Assembly (NCBI GenBank): GCA_964016885.1
Contig: OZ024742.1
Span: 156,364,001 to 156,428,000 of the forward strand
DNA length: 64,000 nucleotides
Reading direction: 5' to 3'
Source: Eledone cirrhosa
Lineage: Eukaryota
A program made the translations under genes and the position numbers. Below the pieces are notes generated by a model. That model made no database searches, was not told where the DNA came from, and worked only from the letters and a program-made list of their open reading frames with translations. Of this stretch, positions 1-13,651 are shown in pieces (position 1 is the stretch's first letter; each line of letters begins with the position of its first letter).

Positions 1-2790
1 TACGTGGAGAAGTAAAATACAGAAGAATAGACCGTTAAAACATGTTTATTTAAAATAGAACCTACGTACGTTTCGCCCAAATGGGCTTCTCAATGGCATA
101 ATAACTAAAAAGTGTTACTTACGTGACGACCCAGAAAGGCTTTTTAGAGATAAGTTCACCTCAGAGTTAATTTTAGTAAAAAAAAACATGTTTTGGTTTT
201 GCAGTAAGTCAACGGAGATAACTCTGACCGCTGTTAGGGCAGACTTTCCCGGACAAATTTTGTATCCGATACAAGCATGTGGTTACTACCTTACCATTGC
301 CGATACGCAAAGGGTCAGGTATGAAACGTTTGTTTCGAGACGTTTGTTTGATGCGCCTGCCCGCCTGGGTCGATTCATGCCGGGTCTGGGGTGCATGGGT
401 AGGTGTCCGGCTGTCTTCAGCAGCGCCCGCCCGCCGGGCTGTTAAAGCTTGGTGCAGGGAGACACGGTTTACGGTTTCACTCCTTATTCTTATTCCATCT
501 GAAGTAGGATATTTTAAAGCGGTGTGTACATCTTATCGTCGTTTCCGCGCTGCTGTTGATGAGCTCGTGGGGTTCCGTCATGATCTGGTAGAACTCGATG
601 AGACAAAGCTCGCACTTCCTCTTGAAGTAATACGGTGCAGCCCTGCCGACAATTTCCCAGTGCGTGGAGAAGCTGATGTTTAAGTTTGTTTTAATGGTGT
701 GATGTAGTTCGCGAGCGAAGTGGAGTCTCTTAATTTCTTATTTGCGAAAGAGTGGAGATGTGTTCGAAATTTAATTTTGAACGGGCCAGAGGTAGCCCCT
801 ATATAAGGTTTAACGCTATTATGGCTAGTTACGGTGCATCTATATATAACCCTATCAGTGAAGCAGTTTTCCCTAAGGAGGCAGCGTCCTCTCTCTCGAC
901 AGTTGCAATTTCGGTCGCGGTCCCTTCTAACTCCCACGGTAAGGCTATTATTATTGCTATCTACGTTGTTACCTGCGCTCCTACATCTATCATTGGAACT
1001 ATTATAACCCACCATGCGCGGGGTATTCCCATTATTAATCCGCACGCAGCAGCGTCTTCCGTTGCCGCCAGGTGACCTGTGCGGGTCACCTGAATATTCC
1101 TCAGTCATGTCGCGGTTATGTTGCTTGCGTCTGTAGAGGCTGTTGACAGCACTAGTGGATGCTGTTAGGGAGTGGTTAAGGCCGATATAGTTGTTGTCAG
1201 GTGTAGGTGCGTCTGTGCTAAGGTGTCTTCGTGATCTTACTGTGATCTGTGGTTCCTATGATGTCTGCTAGGTTAGGAGTAGTAGAGAAGGATATATTTA
1301 TATCGTTCCTATTAAGGATTCTCCTATACGTATGGTTGGTGAGAAGTTCTTCTCTAGGCTTCGAAGAATATCCGGGGTATGTCGGAGGCCAACCTCCGAG
1401 AGTAAGGGGAATGGAGCCATCGGATGTACGGTGGGGATTATGTGTCTTAGTACGTTTGCTACGGGTAGTGCTATCAGGGTGCCCGTTCTTATGCATGTAT
1501 CCTTTCGCGTTATGCTCGGGTGCACTATTCTTCCTTCTGCTATGTTTATGTATAAGAATATGTTGGTTGGAAGATGTTGGTAATAGGCCGTCGCCTTTGT
1601 TGATTTTATAGTAGGGGAATAATTCAAGTAGGATATAGTGGTCACTGTCACCGGGGTCGTGATCTTTATTGTGTGGTAAGCTACCTATACTATCGCCAGT
1701 GTAATTAACATTGTGGCCGTGTTTCTTAGTGCGATTTTTTATACTATTACATCCGACTCCTTCGAAGTCAACACGTGATCGCTTATAGGTATGGCTTACT
1801 ATAACGTTAGTCTTATGAGAGGAGGGGGTCTGGAGCTAGCATAAGGGATGTAAGAGATTCCTCGGTTAAAACCGGCGCTTATCAAGGCCCTATTGTAGTA
1901 ATCTGCCGCTTGGTTGAATATATCGTCATTGGCGGAGAGCCTCGAGATCCTATGTGAGATGCTATAGACAATGGAGTTAAGAGTCTGCTTAGGGTGGTTG
2001 GAGGCATAATTAATATAACAAGGCTCTCTCCAGTCTTATGGTATGGCTTGTATAGGCCTGTACTAAACTCCAGGGTCACGTCCAGGAAGTTGACAACCTG
2101 GTGCTTGAGGTCTATCGTTACGGATAGGCCGTATGAATTGAAGAACCTGTGTATGTGCTTATTAATGTTCTCTATTCTACGAGGGCTATTGTTCCTAACG
2201 GTAAACAGGGCGTCGTCCCTATATACACCTCCCTGTAGGGCCGGCATCTCGTCCCAAAGCTTATGGGGAGGTATATTCCGACCAGGTCGGTTGCTTGCGC
2301 CGAGTCGCTGGACCCCATCATTATATCGACGTTATCAGGACGGTTGGTTCTGGTCCAGTGGGAGCCTTCGAACAGGATAATGGTTCTACGCGCCACTAGA
2401 ACTTTGTCTATTTCTTTTTTAGTGAGGCTAGTGTTACATTTAGCTATTATGAGTGCCTTATTAAAGAGTAAGGAGGAGAAAGAGGCGTAGCAACTATCTA
2501 TGTCAAACTGGATGAACTTCAGGGACGCTTTATCAGGCAACTCGGTGAACCAATCTATGACCTGGTCGGTGTTGCTCCAGAGGCGGACCTTAGCCTTTCT
2601 ATTAATCTCCAGTAGTACTCTATCGAAGATCACTTTACTAATATTACCTATATCAGATGTACAGGTACATATTAATCTAATTCTCTCGCCCACTAGATAT
2701 TAACACGTCTAATATTTAACACTGCCGTCACTAGTATTGAGCACCTTCTGCATACGCTATTTGGCAAATAACGACATGTATCACCTATCC
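1..2790 (-). mobile_element. Penelope-like retroelement (Naiad-like), frameshifted. RT + C-terminal GIY-YIG at ~680-2690, pLTR at 1-680, inverted tail fragment at 2683-2790
   Basis: Minus-strand ORF pieces give FIQFDIDSCY, DIMMGSSDSAQ, GVYRDDAL, VNFLDVTL and CNCRERGRC...VIYRCTV...YIGATSGPFK. Region 1-680 is homologous to 39136-39800, and 2683-2790 to 40052-40160. Confidence 0.93.
58..98 (-). ncRNA. Minimal type I hammerhead motif (U3-A8 variant) in PLE pLTR
   Basis: Minus strand reads TTGAGAA-GCCCA-TT-TGGGC-GAAA-CGTACG-TA. Helix III is palindromic (ACGTACGT). Helix I is weak in this copy. Confidence 0.75.
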
Positions 2791-3919
2791 CTCCTTTTCT
2801 CTCTCTCGATACGTAAATATTCTCTCTCTCTTTTTCACTCTATATATATATATAAATAGAAGTGGTATTTAATTTGTTGGAAATGCGACAAATATACATT
2901 TTTATAACTGATTTAGAGCACTCAACAGTTTACTGAAGTAAATATTCAATGATATTAAATAAATGGAAACTATACTTATAAAACAATATTTATTTTATTA
3001 TATATATTTCAAGAGCAACCAAGACAACATTGGTACTCTTTCTTCAGATAAAATACAAAGTTTGGTTTATAAATAGAGACATACCCATGAAAATCATACC
3101 TTATCGGTTGGAAATTCACTGGATAGTGGAAATATATTAGGGATTATTAAAACTGATGTGTGAATATGCAAATGAATATGTAAATAACTGAAAAGCAACC
3201 GTTTATTTAAATGACAGTGGAGAAAGAGAGAGAAAGAAAAAGAAATATTACGAGAGAGATAGAGAGAAGAAATTACACAAGAGGATGAATAAAACTCATA
3301 TAACGTAATTTGGGTGAAATATATTCTAATCATATATCTAATGGTACGTGTATTTACGATTAATTAGTTGTTAAATTATTTTCTTATATATTTAGATATA
3401 CGTAGATAGAAAAATAAATAGATAGAAGAATAGATAGAAAAATAAATAAATAAATAAATAAATAAATGAATCAATAAATAGATAAATATATAAATAGATA
3501 AATAAATGAATAGATGGGTATATCGTGTTATAGATAATTGTTTTAATGAGTTTTGAGGGATATTGGTTTTGTATTTAATGTAAGTAAATATTAAGTTAAA
3601 TTAAATTAAGTTAACTGAGTTAATAAGAATATTTATATTTATATATTTTAAAATGGGAAGATACCGAACAAACTCCAGTTTTGTTTATTTATTCGTTAGT
3701 ATGAGACTATTTTGTGAAAATAAGTATAAATGTTGAAAGATATATTTACCCAGAATTAGTTAGTGGTTATAAATCTAATAAAGGATATTGAAAAAATATT
3801 AAAAATTCGGGAAAATTTTGTTTTAAAATAATTTATAACAGATAAGTAATTTTAAAAAAAATAATTTTTAAAAATAGATAACAAATTAAAGAAATAAAAA
3901 ATTAAGAATTAAAAATTAT

Positions 3920-3998
3920 TAAAATTAAAATTAAAATTAAAATTAGAATTAAAATTAAAATTAAAATTAAAATTAAAATTAAAATTAAAATTAAAATT
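3920..3998. repeat. (AAATTA)n hexamer repeat
   Basis: Directly visible tandem array. Confidence 0.95.
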
Positions 3999-4199
3999 TA
4001 AAAAATTAGAATTATATATGTATATATTTTAAGAAACCTTAAGAAATGAAATTATAGCAAATGTTATAGATATGATTTAAAGATATCAATATATTAAAAC
4101 CAAGTGGATACGATTGTTATGGAAATAAGTAGAAATATTATAAGTGTAATTATAATTTACATATAGTTCTAAATGTTGAAATCAGGCGATGTCTACAAG

Positions 4200-4915
4200 A
4201 ACTAAATAAATCCGTCCTTATATTAATAGAGTTCTTACATTTAAGTATGATAATAATTCCTCAACACACACTTTTCAAAATCTAGATAAAGCTGTGTTTC
4301 GGTACGCAGATGCCATCAAAATTATTTCCCAAGTTAAAGAATAGTTCATATTTTTGTATTTTAAGTTCCATATCAGGTTTGAAAGAGAAGTTGAAGATGT
4401 TTTTATCAAATCTTTGGAAATAGCATTTGTGATTATTCCAGCGAATTTTAAATACTGTAGAAGTTGCACCTACATAGGTAAATATATTATCACTGGTTTT
4501 GACTGTACATGTATAGACCACGTCCTTATCTAAACACTTAGGACAGTTTAATTTAATTCTACACTTACATTTTGCGGAGTTGTTGTTATTCAGAACGGAA
4601 CTATTATATTGGATATTGCTAGAGATATTAATGTTATTTTGGTTATGGTTTAAATTTTTATTATTGATTCTATTTATATTATGTGCTATGTCCATAGTAG
4701 TAGAGTAATATAGTTTTATAGTATGTCTGTTAAAGTTTGAGTGGTATCTATGGGTTTTAAGGAAAACATGTATCTAGTGGTTTAAAGAATAGCCCTGCTA
4801 AATGTGTTTTAACGCTTAATGAGAATGGGGGTGATAATATTTATAGTTCTATTTCTTCTGTTAGTTTTAGAGTTTAAGTTAGATTTTTTTAATTGTAATT
4901 ATAATTAATAAACAC
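4200..4915 (-). mobile_element. 3' fragment of a Naiad-like PLE (GIY-YIG endonuclease), degenerate
   Basis: ORF 4282-4695 reads KCKC..NCPKCLDKDVVYTCTV...TYVGATSTVFKIRWNNHK; ORF 4275-4469 reads TSLSNLIWNLK...YSLTWEI. Both match the C-termini of the other copies. Confidence 0.85.
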
Positions 4916-5780
4916 CGGTAGGTTATATCCATACTAAGTAGAGCACTCAGTCCATAGGACAAGTTCAGTAGAAAGTTTGTTCTACAAGTTAGCAAACTAT
5001 CATCGAGGGCGCGCGTTTGCCCTCACGCATTCTCAACTCGATTTGAGAATCCGTTTGGATGAAACGTCCGTCTTCGTGGTTGGTTGGCTAATTTGTTGTG
5101 GAACTAATGTTGCATATAGAGAGCTTCATAACGTTCATAGAAAAAGGGCAGTTGACAAAAACAGTTTAAGTTATGATGATTATTTTTCAACATATGCTCC
5201 ATCTAAGTCAATACATTTGTGCAAGCATTGACACCAGACTTTAAGTCCATATTTTAAAACTGAGGGCCATGTGATTTAGACTATATCGAAGCAGCTTATT
5301 TTACATCATCTGCCGATCAATTTCAACCTCATCTCTTCCACTTCTAAAACAACTTATCCATTAGTAGGTTGTTGATTTCTTTTTGAGTATTGTCCCCATA
5401 AACTTACTCCAGAGCGTCAATGTTTTGGGTGCTCTTCCACCCTAGATTCACCATCAATTTGATGTTTTGATGGAAGCCTTGTTACTCGAGCGGCTGCTAA
5501 CTTCTGACTATCTTTAGATTTGTATATTTTTATATTGGTGTAACTATATTTTCCGAATGTGTTTTCTTTACGGGTTCTTTGCGGGTTAAGGTATGTGACG
5601 ACCATAATGCAAATAAAATATATTAAGACGGTTCAAGATAACATTTGTCTATGCTGCTCTCCTGTAATTTATCTTGTATGAACTAACTATTTATATGACT
5701 CTGCGTGCACGCGTGTCTATCTCTGTACCTGATTGAATATGTGCATGCACACTTCTGACTGTATTTATATATATATATTA

Positions 5781-5970
5781 TGCGGTGGATTGGCAGTATC
5801 GGTAGAGGGTCGGACGCCATGCTTTGATGCATAGAGTTACGGCCCTTGCAATTCTGAGTTCAAATCCCGCCGAGGTTAACTTTGCCTTTCATCCTTATGG
5901 GGTCGATAAAATAAAGTACCAGTAATACACTGGTTAATTGCTGGCCTTGTACCAATAGTAGAAACAATTA
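5781..5970 (+). mobile_element. tRNA-derived SINE with Meta-domain-like core
   Basis: A-box-like TGGCAGTATCGG and B-box GAGTTCAAATCC, then TTTGCCTTTCATCCTT..GGGGTCGATAAAATAAAGTACCAG. Ten copies in the window. Confidence 0.9.
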
Positions 5971-7165
5971 TCTGTACAATATCACATATATATGTACTAT
6001 TTGATTGAATTACCTAGAGGCCTAAGCAATACGTTTATCAATTCCTCAATATATTTATATATAATACTTGGTTATTGACCAAAGCTTTTAAATTTCTCGT
6101 TGGCAGATCAGGAGTATATTATGCTATTCTCTCTTTTCTGTCCCCAGTGAAATACTTAAAGAATATACATTATATATTTGCTTCGTTTAATTCATATACT
6201 ATTTCTGCTGTTATCGGCATTTAGCCGCGTGTTGACTATTCTGCTGTCCACAAACTTGTATATAAATATCGAGTTAAATTCTGGAGCAGTAATACATATT
6301 TTATGCATATACATATATTTTCCTATTTTTCTTTTTACTAAGTAATTTATATCGAATAATATAACACAAATTAATGCTACACGTACTATATTATTTTCAC
6401 CTGTTTCACTGAAGTTTATATCCCTCTGGTGATCTGCTGGTGTCGCACACATTGCTAATGAGTTAATAACGGAAGGACTACTAGGATTCAGCACTCGTAT
6501 GCAATTATGTTACAGCGTTGAAAGCTGTGTTAGTAAATATGATTAAATAAATATTTCTTAAAATGTCATCTCTACCTGACTTATTTTTCCTACTACTTCT
6601 CTTTCTTTCTCTGTCTCTCTGTCTCTCTCTCTCTATGTCTCTCTCTCCCTATCTCTGTCTTTCTTTATCTCTCACTCTCACTAATAAACCTTTTCTCCCT
6701 CTCTCTCAGTTCTTTTATTGCCCTATCCCAAACTTCCATCCAAAATACCCTACACAACAATTCGTTCAAGCTTTTGTTTCCTCCTTTTGCAATCTGACTA
6801 CCTATCATACGTTCTCGCCACCTCTCTCGCTTGATAATACTTGTTCCAGGACTTATGCCCTGTCAACCTCTATTAACAATTTCCATTTATTAAGGTTACT
6901 ACCCACAGTTATGTGTGCAGCTTTCGGTTTTAACATTTTCCCGTTCCTTATCACCATGTCGTTATTTCTATATTGTTTTATATTTTTGTTCGTCCAACGT
7001 CGGTTGCATTTTCTACCCAAGTAGCTATTCGAGATTAGTTACTTGTGCACTGTTTTGAATAGCCCTTTCTTTAATGCATTCGAAATTATAGTCATCCACA
7101 GAAAACAGCAGATGAGCTGGAATCGTCTTTGGTTTTCTGTTTTCTATTCGCGTTTTCCCCAAATG

Positions 7166-7313
<148 letters not shown>

Positions 7314-7319
7314 AATAAA

Positions 7320-7680
7320 ATTTCAGCGATATCGTATTTCGGCTGTGGTCAAAATCAAAGTGAAACGCAATTTTCGAGATATCCGGCAGGCTGTCAATGG
7401 ACTAAAAGAAAACCAGAGCAATTAATATACGTTATAGAGGCCAGACAAAATGAAATCGGCGGTCATGAAGCTATTAGCCACCCGAGCTATGAAAACGAAG
7501 CAAGCTAAACAGGTTAACAAAAGAATTTACCTGGATCTCCTGGAAATTGATAGTATAAACAAGTGGGAGGTTTCTGTGACATCTAAATCAATTATACTGC
7601 CTGCTTTCGTTGTAAGCTTTTGGTGTAACGATCGAACAAGACAGCCATTTCGTCAACATGTATTTTCTTAACAGCCGGCT
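7320..7680 (-). mobile_element. Diverged relative of the 616-bp repeat family, with large hammerhead motif at 7529-7661
   Basis: Collinear by-eye similarity to 29313-29700 and 38483-38835. Minus strand reads ACATG-TTGACGA...GAAA-CCTCC...GGAG-ATC-CAGGT. Confidence 0.72.
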
Positions 7681-7698
7681 GGCGGCTGAGTATTGGTG

Positions 7699-7734
<36 letters not shown>

Positions 7735-7741
<7 letters not shown>

Positions 7742-10700
7742 TAACAGATTAAAGTTTAAGCAAATAATCGCTGCTTACACACATAACGGGATCTTCTGAA
7801 ACTAATGAAGGCAATCTGTGAACGCAGAAGTGAATATTTCAAAAAACGTGTCAACCGGAGGAAGACAGGAAGCCGATACTTTGGTTCGTGGAAACGTTCC
7901 CTGGCAAAGAACGGGAAAAAACGAATATAATACGTCATTATTTGGAGCGGTGAAATACAATTACACGCAAAGAGAAAACCACGTTTATGGTATAAAAGAT
8001 GTCGTAGACTAATATTCTATTAGGTGGTTCATAGAGACGTTCTCTGGCAATGAACGGAGAAAACGAAGATAATACGTCATATGTGGGGCGTGGAGAACAA
8101 TTGCACGCAAAGACAAAACCACGTAAATGATATAACTGAAGTCGTAGACTAAAATTCTAACCAGGAAACCGAATGATACTCGGCTTCAGAGTTAAGAATA
8201 AAGTAAATAAAATACAGAGGTAATGAAATTAAATAAATACAAACAAGCATCCATATACGTACATACATAAGCATACGCTAAAACACTCGCCATAGGTATA
8301 CAAATACACGCACATATAAATATGTGTGTGTGTGTGCGCGTGTATAAAAATAATTAAATAAAAGTATATAAATAAATAAATATGTATATAACAAGCGCAC
8401 AGACATACCTACATGTAAATACACATATGTTCGGAAACAACGTAAACCAAAACACGAAGTACACATATACACACACCCTACTTACGTGCGAACCCGCGTA
8501 ATCACACAGACGCAAAACTCACGTGTACACATAACCAAAAGCATATGTACCAGAATATATGAAAAAATATACGCCATAACATATACAATCAAATATACGT
8601 ACGAGAAAGTATATGTACCTTCACAAAACATACAGGTAATATATACATACCTATGCAAATAAGTAATGGTTTTAACATAACATATACTTAGCTACCACAT
8701 CAAGACGTAAAATATCCGTGTATAGATCGTACTATCCGTTAGGGTACAATGTGGGGCTGTAATACAGGAAAGTTTTGTGCAATTTATGTTTACAAGCCGA
8801 AATTGCCTTAGATTTTTTGTTTAAGATGTGGTCTGTGGCGTAGGGTATTTCCACAAGCCTCAGCGGCGCAGAGGTCACATGGTATTTTATTTCCGTTATA
8901 CGATCTAGCCCTAACTAGGATCTCCCAGTGTAATTTATATTGGGTGTGGTTGTCTTTTCGACTCCAGATATAAACTTAAAGTGACGTCATATTCCTTCTT
9001 AGAGGGTAACGAAAAGAATGGGTATGCATGTAAAGACGCTGCTTGAATCTATTGGCGGTTAACCCTATGTAGGCCCTACAGGACGTGGTAGTTTCAACAT
9101 TACATTTGTAGACACTGTTACTAGAGATGCATATCCGGGATATGGGACAGTAAACCCGATTCCTACAATTACAGTTAGTACTAACTACAGGGTTGCACGT
9201 ATCCTACGGCTAGGTAGTTTAGCTAAATGTGAAGATGTGATGTTATGTGCAAGGTTAGGAGTCGTAGAGTAAGAAATGTTAATAGTATTTCTATTAAAAA
9301 TGTTACTATATTTATGTGTAGGGGGAAAATGCTTCGTAATTAGGGAGAGAAAGATCTTAGCTAATGGTCTGGCCACCTCCATATTATATGGTGGGTTATA
9401 CCATATAATGCGTCTGGAGCTAATTCTTCTAGCTCTATTCTCGTACTCTGTATATGCTACCTTATAGACAAATCCACTCCTAGCAAAAGCTCCACTGTAA
9501 TATGTGGAATGGTCGTTGAAAATATATTCGTTAGTAGATAGACGGGAAAGCCTCAAAGAAACGTTTCTTTCCAGGTTCTTGGTTATGCTGGCAGGATGGT
9601 TAGAATGCTTACTTATGTAATTAAGCGTATCATTCAGCTTTCTATACTCGTAATACAAGCCATTCGATAAATTGAGGGTAACATCGAGGTAATTAACGAT
9701 CAAGAGGTTGGCCTCAACCTGTATAGAGAGGTTGAAGCCTTTAAAGAAGGCTGTGAGTTCTTTTCTGAACCTGTCGCAAGCATGTGGGCTGCACTTAGTC
9801 ATGGTCAAAAGACCATCATCACGGTACAACCACCTCCCACGTTGGGGAATTCGTCCTTGATAGAGAAAAGAAGGAAAAAGCCGATAAGCTCAGTAACCTC
9901 CGCAGAATCGCTGGCCTCCATACTCACGTCGAATGGGGTACTATTAGATTTTTTTATCCAAATAGAGTCGTCGAAATTAATCACCGACTTACGGGCAATG
10001 AGGATGGCATCAACTTCGAAATCCTTAACCACTGTGAGTGTTTTAGCGAAATTGTTAACTCTAAGGAGAAGTGGTAAAGTGATGGAGGAGGAGTAATTAT
10101 TGATGTCGAATTGGATAAAACGGCAATGTTCCTTGTTGCATATGCCGTTCAACCAATCAATCACCGCGAAATAATTGTCTCACAGTTCAATAGGTGCCAA
10201 ACTTCTAATTTCAGGTATAATTCTATCACGAATCCTTTTACTAAGTGTACCAAAATCGGACTTCGTAGGGTTAATAAGCCGAATAGAGGGTTTGTTCGGA
10301 AAATTGGATTTGTGATCCTTCAGGGTAAAGTGGGGAGAAATGGGGGTACAGAGTTTCGGTCCGGGCCAGGATGTTGAGATCAGAGGAGATTTTAACCCAA
10401 GCATCGTTGATTTCATCAATGACGCACCGAGTAGTTTTACGGTAATCCTTAGTTACAAGTTTAGTCTATGACTTCAGTCATACCATTTACGTGGTTTTGA
10501 CTTTGCGTGCAATTGTTCTCCACGCTCCACATATGACGTATTATCTTCGTTTTCTCCGTTCATTGCCAGAGAACGTCTCTATGAACCACCTAATAGAATA
10601 TTAGTCTACGACTTCTTTTAAACCATAAACGTGGTTTTGTCTTTGCGTGTAATTGTATTTCACCGCTACAAATAATGATGTATTATATTCGTTTTTTCCC

Positions 10701-10960
10701 GTTTTTGCCAGTGAGCGTTTGCACGAATCAAAGTATCGTCTTCCTGTCTTCCTCCGGTTGACATGTTGTTTGAAATATTCACTTCTGTGTTCACAGACTG
10801 CCTTTGTTAGTTTCAGAAGATCCCGTTAAGTGTGTAAGCAGCGATTATTTGTTTAAACTTTAATCTGATATTTTAATAAATATTTGCTCTATGGTTCTTA
10901 TATATTTGATATATATTTATCCTTATCGAGCCCTCTTTGGATTTTAGTCTTCAAATGTAT
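7735..10960 (-). mobile_element. Naiad-like PLE, frameshifted (coding ~8790-10440), with 3' pLTR at 7735-8153 and inverted copy at 10460-10960
   Basis: ORFs give FTLKDHK..F..KPSIRLINPTKSD, FIQFDI, PFDVSMEASDSAEV, YRDDGLL, YRKLND.L.YI..HSNHP and IIWYNPP. 7735-8153 is the reverse complement of 10460-10877. Confidence 0.93.
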
Positions 10961-10966
10961 TATTAT

Positions 10967-11016
<50 letters not shown>

Positions 11017-11021
11017 GTATT

Positions 11022-11104
11022 GGTCAGGTCACCAGTTGGTGCTACTGGTAACATGTATCCCAGTACAATCTCTCTCATGATCGGGTCGTTGGCGACTAAA
11101 CTGG
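11022..11104 (+). ncRNA. Degenerate HDV-like ribozyme fold at the LINE 5' end
   Basis: P1 GGTCAGG/CATGATC, P2 CCAGT/ACTGG, GGG after P1, P4 TCG-TTGG-CGA, J4/2 CTAA. P3 is imperfect. Confidence 0.6.
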
Positions 11105-13650
11105 CAAACCCACCAAGGTTTCTTGGTGAGGAGGCTGACTTTGGACATCATGCAGGACTAAACATGAAACCTGTTAAAGGGCAAAGGAACTCCTGGGAGC
11201 TCTTAAGAGCTCTTGGAGTCAATGGCCATCCAAATCCACCACGGCCCGCCGAAAGGCGCTGCAGTGCCGGAAAAGTCAACTTCCTGCTACTAGTATGCTG
11301 GTAAGCTAGTACAACGTATCTCCAGACGGATAGAATGGGTCCGTAGATTTGGTTAGCGACTACTCTAGTGCTTGCAACACGAACAATTATGGCGAGTGTA
11401 TAAATACCAGGTTGGTATCTGGCGCCGGGTAACCCACCACACGGAGGAGAAAGCACCTTCTTCAAGACTTGGCTGTCAAATTCTTTCAGATGTGTGTAGT
11501 AGTGGCGCCAACACACATTATTAGCTATTTGAAAAGATGATGGATTTCACAACTAACTGCACCAGGGTTCCTGTTCCTCAGGGAACCACACTATATGGTA
11601 TACCTGTTGATATAGGTCCAGCCCCTGCTTTCCCAGGTCCTGTTTCTGATCATAATGCACCTACAAAGGCATCGAATGATGATGAATCGTCAAATCTCAA
11701 GGGACGGGGTTCATATGATGGAGAAGAAACAGGTGCTAACCAAACAACAAGCAAATCTCGCTTAGTTAGCTGTTAAAAGCAAATAATAGTTAACTCCTTG
11801 AACACAAGATCCCTCCTTCCAACAGGTAGACGCCAGGAGCTGGCAGAGAATGCCAAACTTCAGAACATTGACATCCTTGCGGTCCAAGAACACCGCTTTT
11901 TCCACCCAAAGGATGATCTCAAGTATCACACCCTAGGACCCTACCAACTTGTCACCTCTTCAGCCACCAAGAACCCTGTCAATGCCTCCATCGGAAGAGT
12001 CGGCTGCCTTCTCTCATCTAAAGCCAGCAATAATCTTCTGGGGATTGAAACAATCTCTCCCAGAATCTTGGTGCTTACACTAGAGGGCAATCCTAGAACC
12101 ACTGCGATATGTGTATACAGTCCTCATAACGCCTCTCCTGAGGATGAGGTAAGATAATTCTACACGACCCTTCGCACAGTTGTTGAGCAAGTACCCTTAC
12201 ACAACTTTTTTATCATCGCTGGAGACCTCAACGCTCAACTTGGCCCGGATGAAGTAAAGTTCACATACAATAGGGTTACCAACCGAAACGGGGAATATCT
12301 CAAGGACTTCATGGAAGAATTCAGTCTATTCAGCTCAAACTACAGCTTCATGAAGACCAGAGGCCGGCTTTGGACCTTCGAATACCCAAATAAAAAACGA
12401 GCTCAGATTGACTATTTGATATTTCGCAAGAAATGGAGAAACTCAATCAAAGATTCTAGATCTTATTCCTTCTTTAGCTCTGTCGGCTCATATCATCGAG
12501 TCATCTCGGCAACAATCAAACTTAGCCTCAGGATATCCAAAAGGGCCGAACCTCATCCCATGAAAAGAATAGACTGGAAAGCCGTTTCTTCCAACAAACA
12601 ACTATCCAATAGCTTCACGCTTCAAGTCTATAACAGATTTCAATCTCTCTCAACTTCTGATATCAATGACGATAATATTGAAGATGTGTATGACTGTCTT
12701 AAGCAATCAACAGAGGAAGTTGCACTTGCTACCCTACCTAAAATGAAAACCGAAGCCAAATGAAACCTAGTGTCTCAGAGAGGGTAGTTGAGGCAAGGGC
12801 CCATCTTAGGTCAATATCCCAATCTCACCATCAATCACCATCTCAAGGGAAAAAGATACAGCTTATCATGGCCAAAAAATCACTAGACGACGCTTATCTT
12901 AATGCTGAAGCCGACTATATCTGAGGTAGGATTGATCAGCTATCGCAACATCACATCAGCAAACACCATCATCTTGCTTGGAAGGTTGTCAAAGATCTTT
13001 CAGGCAAAAACTCAAACTCTGCAGTTAGAATCAAGGGAGGCTCTGCAAAAAAACGTCTTGAAAATCGGTCTGCTCATTTTAAAACTATCTGCTCATTTTA
13101 TAACTATCAACTGCCATCCGTTCAGGTTTCAGAGCCTTTAGGAATCAACACCTCTCTTTTCACCATGCCTGAGCTCAAAGAAGCCATCAAAATGCTCAAA
13201 GCCTCATAAGCCTTTGGGCCGGATAATATACCTACCCTGATTTGGAAGGATGAGCTTTCCACATCCTTTTGCTCAACTTATGTAACCATAATTTCGAGAC
13301 CAATAAACCACCTAGCGTCTGGCATGCAGCTCAAATTATCCCCATGCCCAAAACAGGCATGGGGATAATTTGAGCTGCATGCCAGACTATAGAGGAATTT
13401 AGCCACCAACTATAGAGGAATTTCTCTCATGGCAATTGCTGCAAAAATATACAAGCTTCTTCTTAACCGCTTAATCCCATTTCTTGAGCCAATCCTTCGT
13501 AACAACCAGAATGGATTTAGGAGAGGTAGATCAACACTTAGCCAGATTCTCTGCCTTCGCCGACTTATAGAGGAGTCTCCAAACCGCAATCTAGACCTTG
13601 CACTCATCTTTGTTGATTTTTCAAAAGCCTTCGACTCAGTTGACAGGTCG
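11022..13650 (+). mobile_element. RTE-type LINE (5' UTR, AP endonuclease, N-terminal half of RT), frameshifted and 3'-truncated
   Basis: APE motifs NTRSL, DILAVQEHR, VYSPH, GDLNAQ, QIDYLI, SYHRV. RT motifs NYRGISLM, NQNGFRRGRST, FVDFSKAFDSVDR. Confidence 0.93.
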
Positions 13651-13651
13651 G

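Noticed and set aside
4995-5080. Hairpins followed by GAAACGTCCGTC
   Set aside because: It looks like a hammerhead 3' half, but no CTGANGA or TTGANAA core is found upstream.
5781-5870. tRNA-like A and B boxes
   Set aside because: This is a SINE head. There is no complete cloverleaf, and it recurs ten times with the same body, several copies with TSDs.
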